64,000 nt of DNA from the human T2T-CHM13v2.0 reference genome, Homo sapiens, in assembly GCF_009914755.1 (NCBI RefSeq), contig NC_060933.1. One strand, given 5' to 3'. Under the pieces are notes generated by a model. The model made no database searches, had not been told where the DNA came from, and saw nothing but the letters and a program-made list of their open reading frames with translations. How positions within the stretch are numbered: the first letter of the stretch is position 1; every line of letters starts with the position of its first letter. Positions 26,001 to 42,167 of the stretch are shown here, piece after piece. The translations under genes and the position numbers were made by a program.

Positions 26001-27623
26001 TTTATAAACAAAGAAACTGAGGCCAAGGGGCAAGGAGACTTGCCCAAGGCCACACAGCTAGTAGCAGAACCAGAACTATTAGGGAAAGTATGTGAAAACC
26101 ACAATTACTTTTGCACCAACCTAAATAATACATTAAATCTTCTGATATCCAACCCTAAGCTCTTTCTACCATAATTAATTCAGGGATCTGAAGAAATCTT
26201 TCAGAAGAAACCTTGGAATAAGTACTCTCTTTCATTCTCGTTCTGAACACATTTGTTTGCTGCTATTATAAATTTTGATGCTCTGCAAAGATATTACTTT
26301 ATGTAATTGCCAACTCTCCACTCTATGGAGAATGAGGAAATTGAGGCCCAGAGAGTCCAGTGAGAAATCTACAGTCATCTAGCTAGAAGGCGGAAGTAAA
26401 GCGTCAGTTCTGGGCCACGCTGCCCTTTCTTTGAAGATGTTCTCAAGTTCACTGTGGAGGTGGACACAGCATCACACGGCTGCTCAAGGCAGCTGGTGCT
26501 TCTGCTCAGAAAACTTGAGGGGCAAGGAAGAGCCTCTCCACATGCTTTACCCCAATGCCAGCCTGCTGCCAATGCAACTTAATGGACCCTGCTTTTGGAG
26601 AACAGCAGCCTTCTGTGAGCCATAATCTACCCATCATTAGTGAGCAACAAAAAAGCCTCTCTAGAACACGCCCGGGACACTGAAACCTGTTTGATAGGAA
26701 GGGCCCAGTCGTACCGTGAGACTCTCCATTTTCCTCTCAGGTCCCTTCTCACACCCTGCCCCTAACTGCTGGAGCTGAGGGGAGTGAGAACACAGCCTGG
26801 CGAGTCAGCCCTGCCTGGCCTCCCCACTCCTTCCCCACAGTGCAGTCCCAGCCAGCCTCTGTCCAGCCCCACCTAATTCCCCTACCATGTGGGTTCTAAG
26901 CCCAGCTTGCTTGGCCTAAAGCCTAGCTTCCTAAGGACCCTGGGTGACACAGGCGCACGTGGGGGCCCTCAGACTGCAGCTTCCCTTTACCTCCTCCGAG
27001 TCCACATACTGGGTGTCTGCAAGCAGCAGCTGCAGAGAGGGCGTGGGCTTCGGAGTCAGGCAGACCTGGGTTCAGATCTCAGCTCAGCCACTTCCTAGCT
27101 GTAGGACCTTGGCCAAGCTACTTACTCCCTCTTATGGTACTATTTTTAGCATTTCATTTAATTTGTATTAGGCTGCCTTGGTTTCCTGATCATCCTCCTA
27201 AGTGATCAGATTCCCAGGTGAGGCTCATTCCAACCTACTTGGAGGGAGTCTCAGCTCCTGCCTATCCTATCCTATCCTCCAGTGCTCGCCCATGGGTGGC
27301 TGGGACCCGTCTCCTGAGACTCGGCTGTTTCCTGGGTCTGCCTGGGTGTCAGCCTCTCATTTCCCAACTCCTGGGGGCCACCCCATCAGAGTCCAGCCCA
27401 CAGCCTGCCTCGTCTCCCTGGCCCACAGCCTCATTCTCCTCCCCCAGGTCTCCTACTGAGAGCCCAGAAGACATCACAGCTGAGCCTGCCTGGAACATAA
27501 CACTCCACTGCTGAGTAAGCTCCCCTTGCAGCTAAAATTGTTTTTCCAATAGTGAGGATTTCCTGCTAATGAACTGGCTACATAATCTTCAGCTCACTTC
27601 CGAATGTATACGACTGGTTATAG

Positions 27624-28064
<441 letters not shown>

Positions 28065-28274
28065 TAATGCAAGAATATCAATGTCTTATTTTGCAACACT
28101 CAAACAAGGTGCCCTCCCTCCCAGTGCTCTTTTCGCTAAACTAGCAGTATTGCTCAATTGCAGTATTGAGCAATTGCAGTATTGATCAGTGCCAGGCAGT
28201 GCACTAGGCACGTCAATATGTATACATGAGATCTAATCCTACAAGACAGGCAATAGCATTTTCATTCACTTATT

Positions 28275-28405
28275 CATTTGTTTGTTTGTTTATTGTCTTG
28301 CTATGTTGCCCAGGCTAGTCTCGAACTCCTGAGCTCAAGCAGTCCTCCTGCCCCAGCCTCCCAAAGTGCTGAGATTATGGGCATGAGCCACTGTACCCGA
28401 CCCAG
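28275..28405 (-). mobile_element. Alu left monomer (FLAM/AluJ)
   Basis: ttgctatgttgcccaggctagtctcgaactcctgagctcaagc. Confidence 0.85.
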
Positions 28406-29491
28406 AATTTTCATTTTTAGGCTTTGTAACTAGAGGTTTCTCCCCATATTCCAAGATCCTACAAAAAAGTGGCAGAGTTAACTACACTGCTAACTCCTTG
28501 AAGACAGGGGCAGTATTTCCCTCATCCCTCGATTCTCTTGCCCACTACATCCCCAGCTATCACTGGAAGAGCCTTAATGGAGGCGGACTCAGTAAATGCT
28601 TATGGGAACCCACCTCTGTCTCATTTGGTTCAATGCTGTCATGTTCTATCCAGGATCACAGGTGACATTTCTTCAAACGCTAATCCTGGGTGATGCCAAC
28701 CACTTCCTGGACTTCAGTTAAAGTATGCCCCAAAAGCAGATAACTCCCCACTCTCTATCTCTGGAGCGTACCTCTCTTGGGCTCCAGACTCATACAATGA
28801 GATATGTCAAATATGACACGTCCAAAACTAAGCTCATTGTCTTTTCTCTCAAATCTACCCCTCCTGTGTTCCCTCTAACAGTAAACATTACCACCATCCA
28901 TCCATGTCCCCAAGCCAGAGATCTGAGATCACCTTCTCCCACATCACTCACCCCCACCCAGTCATCAAATTGACATTTCTCCATCTGAACACACCTTACA
29001 GTCCCTGAATCGTCTCAGCATTTCTCACCTGAATTGCTGCAATAGCTTCCTAGGTGACCTGACTGCAGTACAAGCTCTGTGCTGGGCACTTCCCATACAT
29101 TAGTTTCCATTCTAATAAGCAACCCTGTGAGATAGGCATTAAAGGGTGAGCCACATCAAACTGTCATTTTTATAAGCCAAACCCAGCTACACACACACCC
29201 ACACACGTGCGCGTGCACACATTTGCATGTGATTCAACCTCATACTATTATTATTACCCACCAGCCCCCATCACAGGCAAGGAAACTGAGATTTACAGGG
29301 TAATTTATTTCCCCAATCACACATTTTATACCCTGGGGAGCCAGGATCTGAACATGGGTGTGTGTTCAAATTTCCAAAGGCCACACTTTTTCTGCTAAAT
29401 CATATCATCTTCAGGTCCACATATCAGTTCCTAGAAGAATGCTCACAGCCCTAAATACATTACTTAGAGTATTAATACATCTTAATACTTT

Positions 29492-30355
<864 letters not shown>

Positions 30356-30445
30356 CTTTAAAATGTTATTAACAGTAATACATAACAGTAACAACTACCA
30401 TTTATGGGCACCTATAAGGTGCCTTACAATAGTTATTTCACTTAA

Positions 30446-30866
<421 letters not shown>

Positions 30867-32037
30867 GCAACACTGTTCTTAATAATGTTACAAATAAGGA
30901 TCTGAGACTGAGCAAAGCCAGGTGACCTGCAGATCACACAGGAGGTGGTGAGCCAAGAGGCAGGGGGTGGGAATCATGAAGGGGGAAGGGGGGGCGGGAC
31001 AGGGAAGCTAAGCCTACTTCAGGGGTCAAGGTCGCCAAGATGGACACTCGCCCTGAGTCCCAGCGGCACAGCCTGTGCTTGGATCAGGTTCACAAGCCCA
31101 GGGTGGGCAGAGACAGCAGTGCAGAGCTGGTGCTTCTGGGCAACAGCTCTGACCTCTAAAGAGAACTGGCTGGAAACCAACACACCAAGAGGATAGTTTT
31201 AAACACCCACCCAGCCACTCAGAGAGCCTGGTCAGGGCAGCCAAATGCCTGCCCAGGAACGGGACACTCAGCCTGATCATTTACACCATGAGAGTGAGAA
31301 CAAGATCTGCTGCAAGCCTCTGGATTTCAACTGCTGGTTTAAATTTCAAGGAGAAGCACGAAGGTGTTGACATGTAAGGAATTACTTGTACATGCCTTTG
31401 ATCACCCTAAAACTCCAGGGTGTTCTAAATGAGTGTGCTGGTTGGAAGCCAAGCTGAGCTGAGTTCTACAAAGGAACTCCTACTGTGCCACTGGAGGCTG
31501 CTACAGAAGCCACGTTTCCTTAAATCAACACTGCCTGTTTCCCCAACTTTCATTTCAATGGCATCAGGTGGCCACGGGAAAACAGGACCTTGGGCTAAGC
31601 CCCCTCTCATGGGCTCCCAGGAAATGTTAGCCCGGCACCTGCTTCCTGACCTCTGGCCAGTCACTTCACCTGGGTGTTCATTTGCAAGGAAACCTCTCTG
31701 CTTCCTTAATAAATCAGAGAGGGACACTGAAGGCAGCCTCTCTTTGGGGAAACAGATGCCCCGACTGCTCTTCCAAATTTACTTTCCCTTTGGGGATATC
31801 TCGCTAGCCACTACCACGACCACAACGGTCTTAGGACAGGGAGGGAAGTTTTGATACCCTTTAATGCTCTGGACAACACCTGGGCTCCAACTCTTTCCTT
31901 AGGCCCCTGTAGCCATAGACATAGCTTCTGAGATTTTATTAATGACTCAAGGAGAGGAGAAGGGAAATAAATACAGAGAAAAGCACTGATAATTGTGTTT
32001 ACAGGATACTCTCATCTCAGCATGACAAAGCTCTTTA

Positions 32038-32488
<451 letters not shown>

Positions 32489-32946
32489 TTAGGAAAACCT
32501 CACCTATGACCCACAAAGACAGAACAGCTATGCCACAGTCTCAACAGGACAGCTATTTCAGGATGTCAAGATAGAATACCATGAGCTAAACAGCCACAGA
32601 AGAAATATGTATAAGAAATAGCAAGGTATGTGTTACTCAATAGCATCAATATCTTCATCTGTCAAAGAGAGATGATCATAAAACCTCTCCGGTCCAGCAC
32701 TTCCCAGACTTGCATGGTCAGGGAATGCTTTTAAAATTATAATGTACTTGGGGGACATCAATAGGCACTCATACATATTCAGATTAATAATGTGGACTGA
32801 TTATAATGTCATATATAAGATATGGTGATATGGTGATGTTAGTCAATGGTGACGTTAGTCAATATATATTATAACATTTTAGCAATTAATCTGTGAGACC
32901 ATTTACTTTTTTGCCTTCAACTTTAATCGAAATATGCATACGTTCC

Positions 32947-33246
32947 TTTTTTTTTTTTTTTTTTTGAGATGGAGTCTCGCATTGTCGCCTAGGCTATAGT
33001 GCAGTGGTGCAATCTCGGCTCACTGCAACCTCTGCCTCCCAGGTTCAAGCGATTCTCCTTCCTCAGCCTCCTGAGCAACTGAGATTACAGGCACCTGCCA
33101 CCACACCCAGCTAATTTTCTTGTATTTTTAGTAGAGACAGGGTTTCTCTATGTTGGTCAGGCTGGTCTCGAACTCCTGACCTCGTGATCCACCCGCCTCA
33201 GCCTCCCAAAGCGCTGGGATTACAGGCATGAGCCACCGCACCCAGC
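32947..33246 (-). mobile_element. AluS
   Basis: Full dimer; TSD tgcatac(g/a)ttcctt. Confidence 0.93.
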
Positions 33247-33287
33247 TGCATACATTCCTTCTTTATGTTTTGCCTGTATGATGTTTA

Positions 33288-33610
<323 letters not shown>

Positions 33611-33803
33611 AAAGTACCTCATGGTTATCTAACCAAAGGGTGAAATTCAAGAGCAGCAGAGATAAATCTGGCTGATTTTCCTCTGATAAATCATTTTGTC
33701 CTGAGCTTGAAGCCCTTTCTGGAAGATGCTCCAAACATGTCAGACTGGGGGAAGGAAAGAGAAAGAGAAAGAAACTAATATGCATTGAGCATCAGGATGC
33801 TGA

Positions 33804-34125
<322 letters not shown>

Positions 34126-35520
34126 TGAGATAGCGATTATTTGAGTTTGATAGACTGAAAGCAGTACTGCAAGGCCACATATGTCACCGTGGATGGAATC
34201 AAATGCAGTCTGGCCAGCCCCAGGGCCCAAGTCTTTCCATGACACCACGTTGGCGGAGGCCATGGGGCAGTGAGCCTCAGTGTACCTGCTCACACTTGAG
34301 TAGTCTTTGCCTTCCTACTGTAATAAAAGCTCCACAAAGACAAGAACCACATCAGCTTGGTTCAGCACAATACTCTCAGTGCCAAGTACAATGCCAGAGA
34401 CTGAAGAAAGCCCAGGAGACATGGATACAATTTTGGCATTTCTAAAGGGTTCTCATAGGGGCTATAGGTAACACCCATGTCCCTGGGATCAAGAGGGCCT
34501 AACTGCTCCCAGAGAGGACAGAAAGGAGGATGAGACACAGGGAGAAACGTGTCAACTCAGGAATATTTTAAAAGAGCAGTCCTGTCATGTGACAAAGTAC
34601 CTTGAGAAATAGTAAATTGCCCGTTTCTGAAGATGATCAAGTACAGGCTGGAGCCTGATCATCTGTCCGGGTGCGGAGGGGATTCACTCGGCGGGGGAGT
34701 GGCCTGGATGGTCTCTCAGGTCCTTTCCAACCCCTAAGATTAGGTTATTTGTTGGTACTGACTTCAACTCAAGGCCCAATTAGTGTCTGACTTGCTATGT
34801 GACTCAGCCAAGTCTCTTTCCCTCTCTGGGTCTCAGTTTCCTTATCTGTACGATGGAGGCATCTGTATGAATAACCCCATTGATAATTCTGCTCAGGGCT
34901 TCCAAGATCCTACACACTCTCTAAAGAACAAGGGTTATGATAAGGTTGCCTGCAGGGTGGCATTGGGCTAAGAGGTCACAAACCTTCTTGCTGGTGCCCT
35001 CTCTGCACACAAGTTCTGGCTACCCTGGCAATGAACTCAGGCCACTTCCCCAGCCAGGCAGGGAGACAGACCAGGTCCATTCTGATTCAGAAATTAAGTG
35101 GGAATCAGGCAAACCAGTAGTATTAAACATAATTCTGGAATGTGTCAAAAATCAAATGCCCTCCAGCAATATAACAACATGTTCTTCAAGGAAGAGAGAT
35201 GAAAATCCTTCTGCTCCAGAAGGATCCATCCGTGTAACTCAGTGGAGCTGGTACTGCCACCTAGGGAGGGTTTTGGAAATTTCCAGGGGTGTTTCTCACT
35301 GTCACAATGTATGGAAGTTATTACTGGGCAGAGGCCTGGAGTGCCACACAGACAGCCATGAGCTGGGCAGTCCTGCCACACCTTAATAAAGGTGAATAAT
35401 CTATCTGTATATAACATGAAGACAGCCTAGACTCTAACTCCATGTTACATATAAAGTGTTTTTACAAGGTTCAAACTGAGTATCACAATATTCCAAGAAT
35501 ATAAGAATCATGTAAATAAG

Positions 35521-35836
<316 letters not shown>

Positions 35837-36165
35837 TTACATTTTGCTTTTTTTTTCTGGATTTTTTTTTAGTTTATTTGATATTTCAGAAACATCACAT
35901 CACTAATGATATTGCGGACCATGGTATTTGAGTCACTCATACAACACCCAGTGATTATATAGGAAAATAGTTCAAAATGTTACATATGAAGAAATATTAG
36001 AGAGACTATAATAACTAATCAAATATTGTCTCACTTTTCTTATATCTAAACTTATTCATTATAGGTAGTGGTAGCATCTGACCACTTTATTATGTCACAG
36101 AGTATAACGGTGCCAAAGCATTTACTTATTGAATTGTATAGCATTTCATTATAAAGAGCTTTTCT

Positions 36166-36444
36166 GGCCACATGTGGTGGCTCACACCTGTAATCCCAGC
36201 ACTTTGGGAGGCCAAGGCGGGAAGATTACTTGAGGCCAGGAGGTTCAAGACCAGCCTGGCCATCATGATGAAACCTCATCTTTAATAAAAATACAAAAAT
36301 TAGCCAGGTGTGGTGGCACACGCCTGTAATTCCAGCTACTCTGGAGGCTGAGGCATGACAGTGTCTTGAAACTGGGAGGCGGAGGCTGCAGTGAGCCAAG
36401 ATCAAGCCACTCCACTCCTCGGTGGCAGAGCGAGATACTCTGTC

Positions 36445-36472
<28 letters not shown>
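36166..36472 (+). mobile_element. Alu (J/S)
   Basis: Full dimer with long A tail. Confidence 0.92.
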
Positions 36473-36475
<3 letters not shown>

Positions 36476-36658
36476 TTTCCTTATTTTTCTGCTTTAGCAA
36501 GCATTTAGGGTGGGGTTGTTTTTATTTTAACTACATGTATAGGTTGCTTATATTTCATTTCAGGATACTAAACAGAATATCACAAATAATTTGGATTAAA
36601 AGTAGGGGAGAGGGCACTGGAATGACACCCCTGTAGCAATAAGCACACCTGGCACTCA

Positions 36659-36977
<319 letters not shown>

Positions 36978-36979
36978 GG

Positions 36980-37729
36980 ATTCAGGCCCCCATGGCCAAA
37001 TCTCAAATAAATTTGAGCATCAAAATAGATATTGATGGTAAAATATTATAACCCACAGAATAAAGTAAGAATCCATGAGTGCACACTAACAGGCATGCAC
37101 ACATACATAGATAGTTAAATCAGAAGGCAAAGCTCTCCCTTTTAGTAGAAACTCAGCTAACAAATGCAGAAGGGAAGATAGAGGTAGATAATCACTAATT
37201 GGCAACATCACAATAATAACCGATTCAGGCAAGAATCCTTAACAGAGGTGAAGACTTGGAGGCGGGGGAAAGTCTGAGGAGTAACAGGACATTACGTAGT
37301 CTTAAAGTATCTTCCCACAAGATACTTACTAATTAGAAAGGGGAAAATAGCAACTTTTCCATGAAAATCTGGCAGACACCACCTTAGCCAAATGATTAAA
37401 GTTGACATTACCAGTAATAAGACAGAAGGACATCATGTGCCTCCAGATATGATACCCACGAGAAAAACACAATGTTGCTTCTGTGGTACTCCTGCCAAAA
37501 ATGTGTATCCTGGATCTAATACTGAGGAAACCCCAGACAAACCCAAATTGAGGGGCAGTGTACTAAGTAGCCTGTGCTCATCAAAAATACCAATGTCATG
37601 AAACACAAAGAAAGACTGAGAAATTCTTCCAGATTGAAGGAGACTAAAAAGACACAACAACCAAATGTGATGCACAATCCAGGACCTTCTTTTGCTATAC
37701 ATTATTTGGATAATTGTCAAAATCTGAAT
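36980..37729 (+). mobile_element. L1MC (L1MC4-like) 3' region, left part
   Basis: ggcagacaccaccttagccaaatgattaaagttgacattaccagtaat, cagacaaacccaaattgaggg and caaccaaatgtgatg motifs. Confidence 0.75.
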
Positions 37730-37734
37730 GGGAA

Positions 37735-38790
37735 ACAGTCGACCAAATAAAGAGACAACCTATGGAATGGGAGAAAATATTTGCAAACCAGACATCTGAT
37801 AAAGGGTTAATATCCAAAATATATAAGGTACTCAGCTCAGTAGTAAGAAAACAAATAACCCTATTAAAGAATGGGCAAAGAATCTGAATAGATATTTGTC
37901 TAAAGAAAACATACAAATGGCCAATGGGATATGAAAAAATGCTCAGAATCACTAATCATCAGAGAACTGCAAATTAATAACCCAATGAGCTGTCACCTGT
38001 TAGAACAGCTATTATCAAAAAGACATGATCTTGGCGATGATGTGGAGAAAAGGGAACCTTTGCACACTGTTGGTGGGAAGGTAAATTAGTATGGCCATTA
38101 TGGAAAACAAAAAAACTAAAAATAGAACTACCCATCATGATCCAGAAATCCTACTGGGTTTTTATCCAAAGGAAATGAAACCAATATGTTGAAGAGAGAT
38201 CCGCACTCCCGTGCTTATTGCAGCATGATTTGCGATAGCCAAGATACGGAATCAACCTGTGTCCGTCGCGGGTGAATGAATGAAGAAAATGTGGCATGTC
38301 TACACAATGGAATATAGTTCAGCCTTAAGAAAGAAGGAAATCCTGTCATTTGCAACAACTTGGATGAACCTGAAGGACGTTAAGCGAAATAAGCCAGGCA
38401 CAGAAAGACAAATACTGCATGATCTCACTTATCTGTGGAATCTAAATAAGTTGAACACACAGAAGTAGAGAATAGAATGAGGGTTACCAGGGGCTAGGGG
38501 CATTGGGGAGCTATTTGTCAAAGGATACAAAATTTCAGTTAGATTAGAGGAATAAGTTCAAGAGATCTATTGTACAACATGGTGAGTATAGTTAATAACA
38601 ATGTATTGTATTCTTGAAAATTGCTACTAAGAGAGTAGATATTAAGTGTTCTCACCACAAACAAAAATGATATATATGTGAGGTAATCTGCATGTTAATT
38701 AGCTCAATTTAGCCATTCCATAATGTATGCATATTTCAAAACAACATGTTGTACATGATAAATACATACATTTTTTATTTGCCAATTAAA
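37735..38790 (+). mobile_element. L1MA (L1MA8/9-like) ORF2 end and 3' UTR
   Basis: gaatgggagaaaatatttgcaaacc...ggaataagttcaagagatctattgtacaacatggtg...ttgccaattaaa. Confidence 0.85.
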
Positions 38791-39855
38791 TATTTATTTT
38801 AACATAACAAAATGATAATTTTATTAAGTAAACAATAAAAATACAAATTTATTAAAATTTAAAAAATTTTTAATATCTACTCACTGTTAACTTCACCAGC
38901 TTTTTTGATGTGAAAATCTAATAAAATGAATGATGCATAAATATTTACCTGTACATTACTTATTGTTCTCTATTCTCTGTATAGTATATATGTAGACATA
39001 TATGTATGTACTCTATATACCATAATGTGTACATAAACACATTTACTATATAAACACTATATATAAGTAGATATACATAAAGAACACATATATGCACATA
39101 TATAATACTATATACTGTCCAGAGAAGAATGAATGTTGTATATATATATATATGACTTTAAATAAAAGTTTAAAATATATATATGACTTTGTATACACAC
39201 ATAGCCATTTTAGTGTCTGCTTCATAAAACTATAGAATAATAGAGATGTACTAATTTCAAGGGGTTATATGAATCCATTCCATGATTTCAGATAGTTAGA
39301 AATCTAAATCCAGTCCATGAAGGCTGATCTATTTTCTTCTTTGCTATCTCTAGAGATGGCTACTATATATAATTTTAATAAATAATCATATAATTTCCCA
39401 TAAACTAAATTTAATTCTCTAATATTTGTTTCTCTTTTTCCACCTTCCTCTTTGTCTTTGTATCTCTCCAAGAGAAACTGTATCCTACGTGGTCATTAAA
39501 CCTGTATAAATAGACTAGTATTGAGCTTTATTATGTTTTTCTTAACATTATTTCATGTATTAATATTGCCTCTGAAGTGCCTTCTAATGTTTAGTTAATC
39601 TGACAGTTCATTCTTCCTTATAAATTACCTTTATCATTTAACACAAGTCTCTTTCCTCTTAATCATCATTTAATACAACTGACACACAATGAAAGTTGTA
39701 TTAAGTGAAAATGAAAACCATGTCGACTCCCTCCCTTTATAAAAATGAGATTCAGGTATTGCTTAAAACGAAAATACATCTATTTTTTCTTGCTGCAATT
39801 GTAACACCCCTTTAGAGCCTCCTCAATGAAGTGAGATTATTTCAGCCCTCTATCT

Positions 39856-40056
39856 CAGGGGCTGGCAAACTTTGGAGCGTGGTTCAAGTATACCAGTGCC
39901 TGTTTTGTAAAGAAAGTTTTCTCATTTACGTATGGATGGTCTATGTCTGCTTTCACACTCCAACAGCAGAGCTGAGTATTTATGACAGAGACTCTATGAC
40001 CTACAAAGCTGAAAAGAGTTACTATCTGGCTTTTACAGGAAGTTTGCCATCCTCTG
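39856..40056. mobile_element. MER58A-like DNA transposon
   Basis: Inverted ends caggggctggcaaactt...aagtttgccatcctctg. Confidence 0.75.
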
Positions 40057-40422
40057 CAATGGAGGGACATCTAACCATTAGTTATGCTGCTACAAAAACA
40101 AGCATTCAAATATAGTATTGTTAGCTGTATTGACAAATGTATCCAATCGAAGGACAGCTTTCCATGGGCATTTGAATATTCCATATCACATCTGTTTACA
40201 TTTAATAGGTTATTTCCAAGGTAATTCTCTCTAGAACTGAAATCTGCCAAAATGTCCTCAAAATCAGAGTTGTAGTTTACATGATAGTTAAAAATATGGC
40301 TTTCAGTGTCTGATAGGTCATGATTCAAAGCAAGATCTGCCACCTAATGGTTGTTAGTACCTGCTAAGTACCTAGAGAGGAATGCGTAAGCTTGGGCATG
40401 GCACTTGAACTCTCTAAGCCTT

Positions 40423-40784
40423 TGATATGGTTTTGCTGTGTCCCTACCCAAATCTCATCTTGAACTGTAGCTCCCATAATTCTCACATGTCACAGGAGGG
40501 ACCTGGTAGGAGATAATTGAATCATGGGGTCAGTTTTCCCCATACTGTTCTTGTGGTAGTGAATAAGTCTTATCAGAGCTGATGGTTTTACAAGGAGTTT
40601 CTCCTTTCTCATGGCTCTCATTCTCACTTGCCTGCCACCATGTAAGATGTACCTTTTGCCTTCCGCCACGATTGTGAGGCCTCCCCAGACACATGGAACT
40701 ATGAGTCCATTAAACCTCTTTTTCTTAATAAATTACTCAGTCTCAGGTATGTCTTTATCAGTAGCATGAAAACAGACTAATATA
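40423..40784 (+). mobile_element. THE1 (B/C-like) solo LTR inserted in MIR
   Basis: tgatatggttttgctgtgtccc...aacagactaatata; 5-bp TSD gcctt at 40418-40422 and 40785-40789. Confidence 0.9.
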
Positions 40785-40976
40785 GCCTTATGTTATTCTC
40801 CTTATTTATAAAATGGAGGTAATAAGAGTATCCATCTTATAGGTGTAATGTGAGAATTAAATAAGAAAAAAAGTATATAATGTATTCACGATTATAGCCA
40901 GAGCATGTGATGTATGCCCCATAACTAGTGTGTGTTTTTAAATAACCCTAGTCAATATATAAAAAATTACAATTTT

Positions 40977-41260
40977 AAAATCTGAATAAATTCTGAAAAT
41001 GATAATACTAGATAGCTGTTGATTTCATGATTTTGATAATGACACTGGTTATGAAAGAAAGTGCTCTTATTTTTCAGAAATACACACAGAAGTGGTTAGG
41101 GGTACATATAGGAACATCATGTATGCAACATACTCTCAAAAAGGAGAGAGACGGCAGACATCAATGTTAACATCTGGGGTTGCATGGAGGATATGTAGAA
41201 ATTATTTGTATTATTCTTACAATTTATCAGTAAGTCCAAAATTATGTCAAAATAAAAAGC
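40977..41260 (+). mobile_element. L1MC 3' end, right part (continues 36980-37729)
   Basis: aaaatctgaat...ttttgataat...gaaatacacacagaagtggttaggggta continues the recalled L1MC4 3' consensus. Confidence 0.7.
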
Positions 41261-42121
41261 TAAAAGAAAAAGAAGGGATCCTTAGGTCCAAACACACAGA
41301 GAAGAACTGTTATCGATATATTCTAGCCAAACATATCCTTTTATCTTATTCTTCTAATCCTTCTAGCAAATGTACAGGGTTAATTTCAGAAGGAAGGTGG
41401 GAGAAGAGGGTGCATGTTTGCGTGAGGGGAAAGGACAAGAGAATCCTTTCATTAGCAAGGCCAGAAAATTTGATTACATCACCTTTCTAAATTCAAATCT
41501 CTACTTTGCTTTGCCTTTCATTAGAACCCCTCCAAGATACAATTACACAGAAAAGAAGTTGAACAAGAAACAGAATAGGAGAGATTTCTTTCTTTCTTTG
41601 GAGATGAGGAAAAAGGGTAGAGCAGAGCAATTTTTATAATTTCCTTTTGAAATAGGCATTGAAGTCAAGATTGGCTCTGCTCTTTTCTCGTAGAAAATTA
41701 GACATCTCTAGTCAAGTGACTCAGGCTACATCACTAAGAACTTTTGCAAAATGAAATGAAAGGACAAAAATTGAAGGGTGAAAGATGACCTTTAACTTCC
41801 TTCGGGGAAGCAAGGTTTTCTTGACCTTTAAAATAGACTGTCCCAGAAAAATGTTTACTTCTCCTACTTTTTCTTTTTAAAAGCTTGCCATTAGAGAGAG
41901 AGAGAAAAAAAAAAGCATATTAAAGCAGTGGCCCTCTAATGATCGTATTCATCTCAAAATTCCACATAATAAATCAGTACGGCAAGGTAGCAAGATTGTA
42001 ATACTTGTGATTTAAAACATTAAATGTATTGGGGGCAAATTGAAGTTTAGAAAATTAAACAATAAGCTCCTAGTATGAGAAGTGTTATTGCACAGGACTG
42101 TCTCTGGCAGGAGGAAAAAAT

Positions 42122-42167
42122 ACACATACACACACACACACGCACACACACACACACACACACACAC
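42122..42167. repeat. (CA)n microsatellite
   Basis: Near-perfect CA run. Confidence 0.95.
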
